This document shows, one piece after another, positions 47,727-55,403 of a stretch of 58,328 nucleotides of DNA. The notes below the pieces were generated by a model. It made no database searches and was not told the origin of the DNA. It saw nothing but the letters and a program-made list of their open reading frames with translations. This DNA is from a virus (lineage: Duplodnaviria > Caudoviricetes). A program made the translations under genes and the position numbers. Where the stretch lies: the IMG/VR virus record IMGVR_UViG_3300043414_000784, positions 1 to 58,328 of that record; one strand, 5' to 3'. Position 1 is the first letter of the stretch; each line of letters starts with the position of its first letter.

Positions 47727-48200
47727 TTATGCCAGGCTGGTTTTCTTTTTGTCTAAAATTGTGTCTATCTGCTGCTTCGTCTTCTGCTGGATAATGCCTG
47801 ACCGGCGGTGCCGGGCGTAGTACTCGCATTTAACTTCGCCCATGAAGACGTGCCAGGACATCATTTTAATCCTCGAGACGACGTACAGGGCATGATTGAT
47901 TTTCGGTTTCGCCTCGTTGTCGAACCGCCCGTCCATTTCTTGCAAGACGTAGACCTCCCGGTCGGTCAACTCGGCCAGCCGGACGAGGAGTGCTTCGTCG
48001 CGGGTAAGGTCCAGGTCGCCGTGCCAGACCTTGCCCAGCCCTTCCACGACGACATTCGCGTTGAACAGTACAAGATTCTTGGGAAAGTTCTTCCGGTAGG
48101 TCGACTTGGACCCGGCTATCATACGTCCGTTGTGCCCGAGGAGCAGCCGGACAGTGTTTTTGACGGTCTCAGAGGCGTCGGTCTGGGTAGTGTCGGCCAT
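47727..48200 (-). CDS. Hypothetical protein
   Basis: AAGGAG RBS before MADTTQ. Confidence 0.75.
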   Translation of the reverse strand: MADTTQTDASETVKNTVRLLLGHNGRMIAGSKSTYRKNFPKNLVLFNANVVVEGLGKVWHGDLDLTRDEALLVRLAELTDREVYVLQEMDGRFDNEAKPKINHALYVVSRIKMMSWHVFMGEVKCEYYARHRRSGIIQQKTKQQIDTILDKKKTSLA

Positions 48201-48235
48201 AGTGTTCTCCTTCGCAGTACAGGCATAGTACAACG

Positions 48236-48265
48236 AGTTTAGCACTTCCGGGGGGTTGCGGTCAA
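48236..48265 (-). promoter_or_regulatory. sigma70-like leftward promoter
   Basis: TTGACC-N18-TAAACT with a TGn extension. Confidence 0.55.
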
Positions 48266-48419
48266 GGCCTTTTGGAGGGCGTAACCCCCAGTGTGGACAG
48301 GGAAATTCCCCCTGCCCCCCTACGCTGACCCCACTTGGCCCCTCTTCCGAGCCCAGCCGGCCCCAGAATTGCACCCTCGGTCGGTCAAAGGGGCGGGAGT
48401 GGACGTGGGCCAATCCCCC

Positions 48420-48503
48420 GCTGTCGGGCTGGCCGAGCCTAGCTGACCGAGCCGGGCTAACCGTGTCGGGCTGGCCGAGCCGGACTGGCCGGGTCGGGCT
48501 GGT
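48420..48503. repeat. Six tandem degenerate 14-bp repeats (consensus CGAGYCGGGCTGGC)
   Basis: Units start at 48420, 48434, 48448, 48462, 48476 and 48490; A-rich tract follows. Confidence 0.85.
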
Positions 48504-48550
48504 CTAACCAAATAAAATCTGCCGGACTAAAAAAAAGTTGCTTGACCCCC

Positions 48551-48577
48551 TAAAGTTTTTCCAATACGTGCCGATAT
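48551..48577 (+). promoter_or_regulatory. sigma28 (FliA/SigD)-type promoter for the early arm
   Basis: TAAAGTTT-N11-GCCGATAT against the consensus TAAAGTTT-N11-GCCGATAA. Confidence 0.8.
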
Positions 48578-48584
48578 GTATTAC

Positions 48585-48720
48585 ATCGGCGGGCAAGGAA
48601 GTCCCTCGGTGTTCTCCCTAGAATGACGGCCCTCGGCGCTGAGTCGAGATTGCCACTAGCGAGTTATCTACACCCGGGCCTAGCCCGCGCCGTTATCTAT
48701 TTAGAGGGAGGTCTACCAAC
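48585..48720 (+). promoter_or_regulatory. Structured 5' leader with CsrA-type GGA hairpin
   Basis: Hairpin 48585-48610 presents CAAGGAAG; CTCCCT..TGACGGC can pair with GCCGTTA..AGGGAG (the RBS). Confidence 0.5.
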
Positions 48721-48960
48721 ATGAAACTATCTCAGATGTTCCTTAAACGCCTTCGCGACCTCGATACCAACTCTCGTGGGAAAATCTACAGTCACAAACT
48801 CAATGAAGAACTACAGAGCGCCGGGTCATTCGCTTCCCGAGTCGACCAAGACGGCTCTGCTTTGGTCTATCTCTTCCCTGACCGCTCAAGACTCCGTATC
48901 GAAAATCCGAGCCAAGTAACAGACAAGGCGAGTTTCTACATTCTATCTAACGTGGGGTAA
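48721..48960 (+). CDS. Early hypothetical protein
   Basis: GGGAGG RBS; first gene of the + arm. Confidence 0.75.
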   Translation: MKLSQMFLKRLRDLDTNSRGKIYSHKLNEELQSAGSFASRVDQDGSALVYLFPDRSRLRIENPSQVTDKASFYILSNVG

Positions 48961-48966
48961 ACGACT

Positions 48967-49203
48967 ATGACACAACTACATGACTACCAGCTCGAAGAAA
49001 TGTTTGATGAAATGTTAGACCAGTGTCACGAACCGGTAAAGTTTGGCTGCTTATCTTATGACGTGTCAATCTTCCTTAAACGAGTTGACCCCGTTGCTTA
49101 CCGTCAAGAATTTCTGAACTATCTCGACCTTCAGTTATCGGACGGCCAACTATTCGAACACGCGGACGGCTCAATCCACGACGAAGAAGAGGAAGCAGTA
49201 TGA
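48967..49203 (+). CDS. Acidic early hypothetical protein
   Basis: FDEMLD...LKRVDPVAYR pattern common in phage early genes. Confidence 0.75.
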   Translation: MTQLHDYQLEEMFDEMLDQCHEPVKFGCLSYDVSIFLKRVDPVAYRQEFLNYLDLQLSDGQLFEHADGSIHDEEEEAV

Positions 49204-49484
49204 AGCTCACAATCAATTTCAACGATTTCACGGAATTTCCACAGGACTGGATTGACTCTATCCCAAAACAGGGAGCTGCAGACACTGCGATTTCCCAAAT
49301 CATGATGTACAACACAGTAAAATGCGACAGAGATGGTGCAATAAATTATCTGGCAGGTATCGGGTTCGATGACTCTGAAGAATTACAGCAGGAATCCGAT
49401 GAAACACTGACTAGCCGCATTCTCTGGATTGCGCTACTCGATTGCCGAGAAAACGAAATCAACGAAGCTTATCTAGGAGTCTAA
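49200..49484 (+). CDS. Acidic early hypothetical protein
   Basis: ATGA-coupled ORF. Confidence 0.7.
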   Translation: MKLTINFNDFTEFPQDWIDSIPKQGAADTAISQIMMYNTVKCDRDGAINYLAGIGFDDSEELQQESDETLTSRILWIALLDCRENEINEAYLGV

Positions 49485-49485
49485 A

Positions 49486-49659
49486 ATGTGCATTGCCAGA
49501 TATAAAACACTTGACGGGCATCCTGTCTTCAAGTATTCGGTCGAGCTGTTGGTGCAGACCAACGGAAAGTTAATCAAGATAGCCGAGCTCAACTGCAAAG
49601 ATGAGCAAGAGCTAGCACAGGCGACAGAGTGGGTAGACTACACAATTCAGGGGGAATGA
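49486..49659 (+). CDS. Small hypothetical protein, 57 aa (not in the ORF track)
   Basis: AGGAG RBS; MCIARYKTLDGHPVF... Confidence 0.6.
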   Translation: MCIARYKTLDGHPVFKYSVELLVQTNGKLIKIAELNCKDEQELAQATEWVDYTIQGE

Positions 49660-49662
49660 ACC

Positions 49663-49905
49663 GTGAGTGACTCAAAATATCTACTAAGGCTAACACCAAG
49701 CGAGGCAAATAGTTTACTTTACACCCGACTCAAACGCTCCACCGAACAGCTTATGAAAATTTACCACGATGACGCATTGGATACACCAGAGTCTCTGGAC
49801 GCAGTAATCACGCAACTACAAGAGCTCAAAGCGTGGGTGGAATTGCTTGATACGTGGAAGAAAGAGACGCTTACTAAGCTTAACAGTAAGGAGACAACCA
49901 AATGA
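49663..49905 (+). CDS. Hypothetical protein
   Basis: GGGGG RBS; GTG start. Confidence 0.65.
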   Translation: MSDSKYLLRLTPSEANSLLYTRLKRSTEQLMKIYHDDALDTPESLDAVITQLQELKAWVELLDTWKKETLTKLNSKETTK

Positions 49906-50015
49906 CTTTCAATTTCACACTGCTAGAGTATTTCATTGTATTCGTGACAGCAATCGCGGTCCTCTCCATGTTTGACCTCATCAAGACTGCAATCAAAGAA
50001 GGAATGGAAAAATGA
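49902..50015 (+). CDS. Small membrane protein, 37 aa
   Basis: AAGGAG RBS; MTFNFTLLEYFIVFVTAIAVLSM... Confidence 0.55.
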   Translation: MTFNFTLLEYFIVFVTAIAVLSMFDLIKTAIKEGMEK

Positions 50016-50392
50016 ATTTAACTAAACAACAAATATTCGACCGAGCAACGGAACATCTTAGACAACAAAGAGCGCAGAGCATTGACCCTGTCACCTCTGT
50101 CTGCCGCTATCGCGGTCCGGACGGCCTGAAATGCGCAGTCGGTGTGCTCATCCCGGACGAACTATACAGCCCGGAAATGGAGGGCTTGTTGGCCGACGAG
50201 GTAGTCAAGCGGCATCCGGTACTGGCCTCACTCTTCAGCGCGGACAGCCCGAGCCTGCTTAACTCTCTGCAGCATGTACACGATTTCTGGGCATTGAAAG
50301 ACTGGGAAGAGGGCTTCGCGGAGATTGCAAAAGAGCACCGGCTTAACCTCCGGGCGAAGCGGGAGCGGCAAACACCAGCGGGCATTGTTTAA
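50012..50392 (+). CDS. Conserved phage hypothetical protein
   Basis: CRYRGPDGLKCAVG.LI.DE.Y...LQ.VHD pattern. Confidence 0.75.
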   Translation: MNLTKQQIFDRATEHLRQQRAQSIDPVTSVCRYRGPDGLKCAVGVLIPDELYSPEMEGLLADEVVKRHPVLASLFSADSPSLLNSLQHVHDFWALKDWEEGFAEIAKEHRLNLRAKRERQTPAGIV

Positions 50393-51014
50393 GCTCGGCA
50401 GAGCAGGCAGCCACGCCGAGAACGTCAGCAGCCCGGACATCCAGAGCCTTAGTACCGACGAGCCACCAGTCATTCACAATCTTAGCTCGGTAGTCCTCGA
50501 CGGACAGGCCGAGCCGGGCAGCAACCCGAAAGTCTAGGACTTGCAACAATTGTCGGACAAGGTCCATGCGAGTCTCAATTTCACCAGCTTTACCTCGGAC
50601 ACCAAGGGAGGCCTGATGGCTCATAAGCAGCGAGAAAGAGGAGACGACCCGTTTATCGCAGGCAGTCTGGAGGAAAATAAAAGCCATCGAGGCGGCAGTC
50701 TGGGCGAAACAATGCAGCTTAACACCTGGCCGGACAGCTTTGATTCCTACAACAGCGTCAATCATACGGATGCCAGCGAGGACGTCACCACCGGGGGAGT
50801 CGATATAGACCGAGACAACCGGGGACTTGGCGGACACAGTGTAGAGCTCTTGGATAAAAGCGGAGGCGGAGGGCTCGCTTATCTCGCCGACAAGCCGGAC
50901 GAGGTTATCTGGGCCGAGCTCGACGACCTCGAAAGGCTGAGAGCGCATGATTTCTTCCCCGAAGACTACTGGGGAGAATACTAAGCAAAGCAGGGCGAGC
51001 AAAACCTTGAACAT
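50343..51014 (-). CDS. ClpP-like serine protease with N-terminal signal peptide
   Basis: GGAGG RBS; MFKVLLALLCLVFSPVVFG; IDSPGG, AASMA (Ser), MSHQ (His) and NDWWL (Asp). Confidence 0.85.
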   Translation of the reverse strand: MFKVLLALLCLVFSPVVFGEEIMRSQPFEVVELGPDNLVRLVGEISEPSASAFIQELYTVSAKSPVVSVYIDSPGGDVLAGIRMIDAVVGIKAVRPGVKLHCFAQTAASMAFIFLQTACDKRVVSSFSLLMSHQASLGVRGKAGEIETRMDLVRQLLQVLDFRVAARLGLSVEDYRAKIVNDWWLVGTKALDVRAADVLGVAACSAELKQCPLVFAAPASPGG

Positions 51015-51057
51015 ATGAGAGACCTCCAGGTCTGACAATACCAAGAAAGGGCGGGGA

Positions 51058-51312
51058 ATGCAAAACAAAACCTATATAATCACGGCCATGATAGACGGAT
51101 GGGAGTTTGCACTGGCTAGGGACGTCCCGGAGGAGGAAGTCGAGGGAGAATTGCAGCACCTCACCCGGAGGCACGAGTACAAGAACGTCGTGCGATTCGA
51201 GGTCAGGCCGAGCGAAGCGAGGACTGCTTCCCTTGGAAGGGGCAAGGAACACCGGGAAACTCAGACTGCCTACCCAAGACCTATCGAACACACCCAGGAG
51301 GGGGGTAGATGA
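51058..51312 (+). CDS. Hypothetical protein
   Basis: ORF in the early cluster. Confidence 0.55.
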   Translation: MQNKTYIITAMIDGWEFALARDVPEEEVEGELQHLTRRHEYKNVVRFEVRPSEARTASLGRGKEHRETQTAYPRPIEHTQEGGR

Positions 51313-51509
51313 ATACTATCCATCGACTCGAGTATATTTCGCATCATCTTAAAGTCTGTGCAGAGCGTTCCATTTCCGAGCCAAATAGCCTTCTCATAAT
51401 AAACCTAGAACGAGCAGCAAGAGGGCTGAACGAGCTCATCGAGCATTTAAAAGCGAAGGAAGAGGCGGGACTGGGCCGAGCACCAGGCGAGGCTCCCCTG
51501 AGCGAGTGA
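51309..51509 (+). CDS. Hypothetical protein
   Basis: GGAGGGGG RBS; coupled ORF. Confidence 0.6.
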   Translation: MNTIHRLEYISHHLKVCAERSISEPNSLLIINLERAARGLNELIEHLKAKEEAGLGRAPGEAPLSE

Positions 51510-51565
51510 AACGGGAGGAGTAGGACTATCCTTAACATAGACAGCATATCAAGGAGTTATATACC

Positions 51566-51916
51566 ATGGCAGACCTCTTCGAGAAGACCCAAATTTCCAT
51601 CAAAGGCATCCCTTGCAACCTCTTCCTTTCTATCAGCCCAGCCTTCACGCCAGGCAAGGACCATACCCTTTCGGCTACAATTACCCTGGCTGCTGTCCCT
51701 GAGGTTCTCCTCGCGGCAGTCACCGAGTTCGACGCTATGCATATCCCGGACGGCTCCATCGAGGACCACCTAGACAGACAGGTAGCCCTAGCCTCAGCCG
51801 AAGCCCTGCTCGACACGAACAAGCTCCAGGAGAAGGCAGCCCAGACTCTCCGCAGACTCGAGTCCCTCTACATGGACTACTTCGGACTACCAGACAGAAC
51901 AATCTCGGGAGTTTAA
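51566..51916 (+). CDS. Hypothetical protein
   Basis: AAGGAG RBS. Confidence 0.7.
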   Translation: MADLFEKTQISIKGIPCNLFLSISPAFTPGKDHTLSATITLAAVPEVLLAAVTEFDAMHIPDGSIEDHLDRQVALASAEALLDTNKLQEKAAQTLRRLESLYMDYFGLPDRTISGV

Positions 51917-51918
51917 CC

Positions 51919-52095
51919 ATGGCAAAGAAACAGATAACCGTGAAAGATAATCTCAGCGAGCAAAATAGAGCAAGAAAAGACTTGAATCTCCCGCTTCTTC
52001 AGCCTAAAGAACGGAAGTGCCTTTCGTGTGATACGATTTTCATCTCGGCTACCTACAGGAGGTGCTTAAAATGTCGAACGGAATGCCCGTCGTAA
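51919..52095 (+). CDS. Small zinc-finger protein, 58 aa (not in the ORF track)
   Basis: GGGAG RBS; RKCLSCD...RRCLKC. Confidence 0.65.
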   Translation: MAKKQITVKDNLSEQNRARKDLNLPLLQPKERKCLSCDTIFISATYRRCLKCRTECPS

Positions 52096-52322
52096 AGAAA
52101 AGAAAGCCATCTAAACTAGCAGACTCCGAGGATGGATTCCCGGACCACTTTGTCCCGGCCTACCTGATTCTCTTTGACCGCAAGACCAAGATGTACCGCT
52201 GCTACCACGCAGATATGGAAGACCTAGTGGTGCTAGACGATGACCCAATCGATGCACTGATTGCACTCATAGATATTATTTCACTGGAGGTTAACACCAA
52301 TGAAGACGAACGGTATAACTAA
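52071..52322 (+). CDS. Hypothetical protein, HicB-antitoxin-like fold possible
   Basis: AGGAGG RBS; YLILFD....YRCYHADMEDLVVLDDDPIDALIAL pattern. Confidence 0.45.
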   Translation: MSNGMPVVKKRKPSKLADSEDGFPDHFVPAYLILFDRKTKMYRCYHADMEDLVVLDDDPIDALIALIDIISLEVNTNEDERYN

Positions 52323-52581
52323 CAAGGACAATCCCGAATCAAACGAAGTGCAGATTCCTTCCGAGCCGAAGGCGAGCGTGGTATCCCTGGCCGACTATAA
52401 AAAGAAAAAGCAGACCGAGCAAGAAGTCAAACAAGTATTCAAGCAATCCCTCGACAACGACCAAGTCATGAAACGCTACAACATCAACCAACCAACAGTC
52501 GAAGAGCGGACAGAAAAAATCAAGCAAGGCATCGAGCGTATCAACAAACTCATGGAGCAAATCAAGGAAGCAAACAAATGA
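52300..52581 (+). CDS. Hypothetical protein
   Basis: GGAGG RBS; VVSLADYKKKK; coiled coil. Confidence 0.65.
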   Translation: MKTNGITNKDNPESNEVQIPSEPKASVVSLADYKKKKQTEQEVKQVFKQSLDNDQVMKRYNINQPTVEERTEKIKQGIERINKLMEQIKEANK

Positions 52582-52669
52582 TACTGTTCTTGCTCATTCC
52601 AATCTTTGTTGGTATGTTATTGCTCGTCGTTGTGGACATCCTACAAGATATGTTCGGAGGCTACTAATA

Positions 52670-52933
52670 ATGTTCTACTCTCTCGCAATCCTAGCCATGA
52701 CCTACACTGTCGTACCGGATGCAAGCCAACCCAACCCGACTAACCCTAAAGAAACACCGAGGCGCAAGGCCGGCCGGCTCTGCCCGGACGAAGTAAAGAA
52801 GCCGCGCAACCCGAAGCAAGAACCCAAGGACGTGCGCGTCCTACCTTACTGCGAGCCGAGCGGAGTGAAGGCTCCCTCCGAACCGAGCGGAGTGCCTGCA
52901 CCGACAAAGCCAGCGCGGAGGATTGAGAAATGA
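52670..52933 (+). CDS. Pro-rich protein with hydrophobic N-terminus
   Basis: GGAGG RBS; EPSGV repeated twice. Confidence 0.55.
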   Translation: MFYSLAILAMTYTVVPDASQPNPTNPKETPRRKAGRLCPDEVKKPRNPKQEPKDVRVLPYCEPSGVKAPSEPSGVPAPTKPARRIEK

Positions 52934-53325
52934 AGCCGCAATACCAGACCAGACAATCAGCAGGACTAGACCTGCCGTCCCTCGAATCTTGCACCCTCTA
53001 CCCCGGCCAACGAGTCTTGCTCGACACGGGAGTCTACCTTAAGGACGTCCTCCCCGCTGGCATCCCCGGGACTGCTTTCGGAATGGTCGTCCCTCGCTCC
53101 GGTCTGGCAACTAAGCACGGGGTGACTATCCTGAACTCCCCAGGCATCGTAGACCTTGACTACTCAGGAAAAATTCATGTAAATCTAATCAATCTCGGTA
53201 AGGATATCGTAAACATACAAGCAGGCGACCGCATCGCCCAGCTCGTCTTCACCACTGCCTATCGTCGCTCCGAGCTAGTCAAAGACGAGGAACGGACAGC
53301 AGGGCACGGTTCCACCGGCACGTAG
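52930..53325 (+). CDS. dut: Trimeric dUTPase
   Basis: SAGLDL, PRSGLA, GIVDLDYSG, GDRIAQLV and RTAGHGSTG. Confidence 0.95.
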   Translation: MKPQYQTRQSAGLDLPSLESCTLYPGQRVLLDTGVYLKDVLPAGIPGTAFGMVVPRSGLATKHGVTILNSPGIVDLDYSGKIHVNLINLGKDIVNIQAGDRIAQLVFTTAYRRSELVKDEERTAGHGSTGT

Positions 53326-53348
53326 TCCACATTTCAGAAGGATGAAAT

Positions 53349-53582
53349 ATGAGACGCAGCTACAGCCTACTCCGCAGTGACTACCTATACCACTGCCTCT
53401 TCACCGACGAGTTCAACACTCCGGAAGAGAAGATTAACCAACAGATAGAGGACATCCTCAAGAACGAGGCAGAGACATGGGAATGGGCGGAGTACGACTG
53501 GGTCAAGCACAAGGTCGTCAGTGAATTCATGGAGCCAAAGATTGCTTACTACGTCGTGGAAGTACGGGGGAAAGAGAAATGA
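53349..53582 (+). CDS. Hypothetical protein
   Basis: AAGGA RBS; coupled ORF. Confidence 0.6.
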   Translation: MRRSYSLLRSDYLYHCLFTDEFNTPEEKINQQIEDILKNEAETWEWAEYDWVKHKVVSEFMEPKIAYYVVEVRGKEK

Positions 53583-53869
53583 AAGTCTACATCATCTGCT
53601 TTGACGGTGACCACATCTCCTATCCCACCGCCTTCCTCGACAGAGAGACGGCCGAGGAGCGCCTTAGAATTATGCAGGACGATATGGATGCGGACGCAGA
53701 TAAGCATCAGCGCAAGAGTTACTCGCAGTGGTACTCGGTGGAGGAGCTGGAAATGGAACGCCCCATCAAACTGAGCACCGAAGGTACCTTGAAGTTCCTT
53801 GAAATGCTAGACGGACAGGCCGAGCCAAACGAGAAACTCAAGAAGGCTGCACTGGAGGTTGAAAAATGA
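53579..53869 (+). CDS. Hypothetical protein with TacA/AtaR (DUF1778)-like C-terminal segment
   Basis: N-terminal part paralogous to the next gene; C-terminal IKLSTEGTLKFLEMLDGQAEPNEKLKKAA. Confidence 0.6.
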   Translation: MKVYIICFDGDHISYPTAFLDRETAEERLRIMQDDMDADADKHQRKSYSQWYSVEELEMERPIKLSTEGTLKFLEMLDGQAEPNEKLKKAALEVEK

Positions 53870-54096
53870 AAGTCTACATAATCACATTCAATAAACTGGA
53901 GATTGCTTTTGATAAAGCGTATCTCAACAAAACACAGGCTGAGAATGACATGCGGCGATTAGCAAAGGATATGGATAGTAAATCTGCAGAATTACAGATA
54001 AAGTCATACTCGCACTTCTACGCTGTAGATGAACTGGAACTAGTCTTCGGCGAGCCGACTCAACCGATGACACTAGAGGAGATATACGAGCTATGA
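53866..54096 (+). CDS. Hypothetical protein, paralog of 53579..53869
   Basis: Shares MKVYII, AxL....AE and KSYS..Y.V.ELE. Confidence 0.7.
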   Translation: MKVYIITFNKLEIAFDKAYLNKTQAENDMRRLAKDMDSKSAELQIKSYSHFYAVDELELVFGEPTQPMTLEEIYEL

Positions 54097-54434
54097 CCGA
54101 CTACCTAGACGAACTCGAGCGCGACTTCGGCTACATGCTCACACATACGTCGGGCTATGTATGCCCAGGTTGGGAGCAACTCATACGGGATATGCTCACC
54201 GAGATTGCACATAACTCCGATAGAATAAGTGCCCCAGAATTTACACAGATAAAGGAGAAGTTCGGCACACTCCGAGTCTACGGCTACAACATCAGCGACG
54301 ATGAACAAGAAATACTGGACAAGTACGAGCGTCTCTCCGCAGTAACATGCGAAGTCTGCGGCAAAGCAGGCACAATGCGAGAGAAGAACCGGTGGCAATA
54401 CGTGGCCTGCGACGAACATGCGAAGGAGGACTGA
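54093..54434 (+). CDS. Conserved phage zinc-binding hypothetical protein
   Basis: GW..LI, QIKEKFGTLRVY and CEVCG...ACDEH. Confidence 0.8.
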   Translation: MTDYLDELERDFGYMLTHTSGYVCPGWEQLIRDMLTEIAHNSDRISAPEFTQIKEKFGTLRVYGYNISDDEQEILDKYERLSAVTCEVCGKAGTMREKNRWQYVACDEHAKED

Positions 54435-54468
54435 GCCGAGCAAAGTGAGGCTCCCAACGACCGACAGA

Positions 54469-54690
54469 ATGGAGGGAAGCGTGCAAGTCTGGCTTAACTT
54501 TGAGTCCGGTATAGAACTAAAGAAGTACACAATCGAACTTGGATTCTACCTTATGCAATGGAAATTTTCTATTCGACTAACAGAAGGAGGACTAAAAACA
54601 ATAAGCCTTGGACCGCTTTACATTTCCATCTGGGACAACGACAAACTACGCGCCTGGCACGACAGCCTTATTGAGAGGACTGACAAATGA
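54469..54690 (+). CDS. Hypothetical protein
   Basis: Coupled to the next gene; start uncertain. Confidence 0.5.
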   Translation: MEGSVQVWLNFESGIELKKYTIELGFYLMQWKFSIRLTEGGLKTISLGPLYISIWDNDKLRAWHDSLIERTDK

Positions 54691-54950
54691 ATAAGACCAC
54701 ACTGCTTCTAGTTATCCTGGGCTCTGCAACCCTAGCCATTGGTGTATCCAAGCTAGCCGGAGTCCTGCTTTCTTCTCCCGGACTATCTGCCCTGAGTTGT
54801 ACACCGGTCCACATCGTAGCAGTCGGTGGCTGTGACTCGGACGGACTCTGCGGTGTCGTCGCCCTCTCGCAAGACAAGCAAGTAATCAAAGGCAAGGCAT
54901 CCTACCCAGTGGCAGGACTGGTTGATTGCCGGGAGTCTGTCAGTGAGTAA
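54687..54950 (+). CDS. Secreted/membrane Cys-containing protein
   Basis: GAGG RBS; hydrophobic N-terminus; four Cys. Confidence 0.6.
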   Translation: MNKTTLLLVILGSATLAIGVSKLAGVLLSSPGLSALSCTPVHIVAVGGCDSDGLCGVVALSQDKQVIKGKASYPVAGLVDCRESVSE

Positions 54951-55170
54951 TCCGTTCGCCTGGAAGTACGAAACATACGAGGAGGAATCTACAGTGAGCA
55001 GCAATAATCAAGCAACAGTATATCTCGAGGCAATCATCGAAGCACCAGAAGACTCGACACTCTCCGACGGAGTCGTAGTCATCCGTGAGCCGTCCCAACC
55101 AAGCAAGGCAAACCTCAAACTCGTGTTCGACCTTGAGACAGGAGCACTCCTCGATGCGCGGAAAGACTGA
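54943..55170 (+). CDS. Hypothetical protein
   Basis: GGGAG RBS before a GTG start. Confidence 0.5.
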   Translation: MSNPFAWKYETYEEESTVSSNNQATVYLEAIIEAPEDSTLSDGVVVIREPSQPSKANLKLVFDLETGALLDARKD

Positions 55171-55403
55171 CCCCAAGTCTGACTATCCACCGGATAGACC
55201 AGACTGGCTTATGGTCGACGAGTACGCCCGAAAGAAAAGCATCTTCGGGTGTATCCTCTGCGACAAGACACACAAGGCAAAGGACTGCGAGCACAAAGCC
55301 AAGAGGACAGCCTCGAATAGTTATACCAGCAAGGTCTATCAAACCGAACCAGACGAAACTTACGGGAGTTGGGGATAAACCCCCTCCCCAGGAGGTCACT
55401 ACT

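Noticed and set aside
48420-48503. CRISPR mini-array associated with the Cas4-like gene
   Set aside because: The units are contiguous 14-mers with no spacers; I saw no repeat-spacer array anywhere in the window
50499-53827. 17-nt match GACGGACAGGCCGAGCC near 50499 and 53811
   Set aside because: A single pair inside unrelated coding regions; no att-site context or integrase
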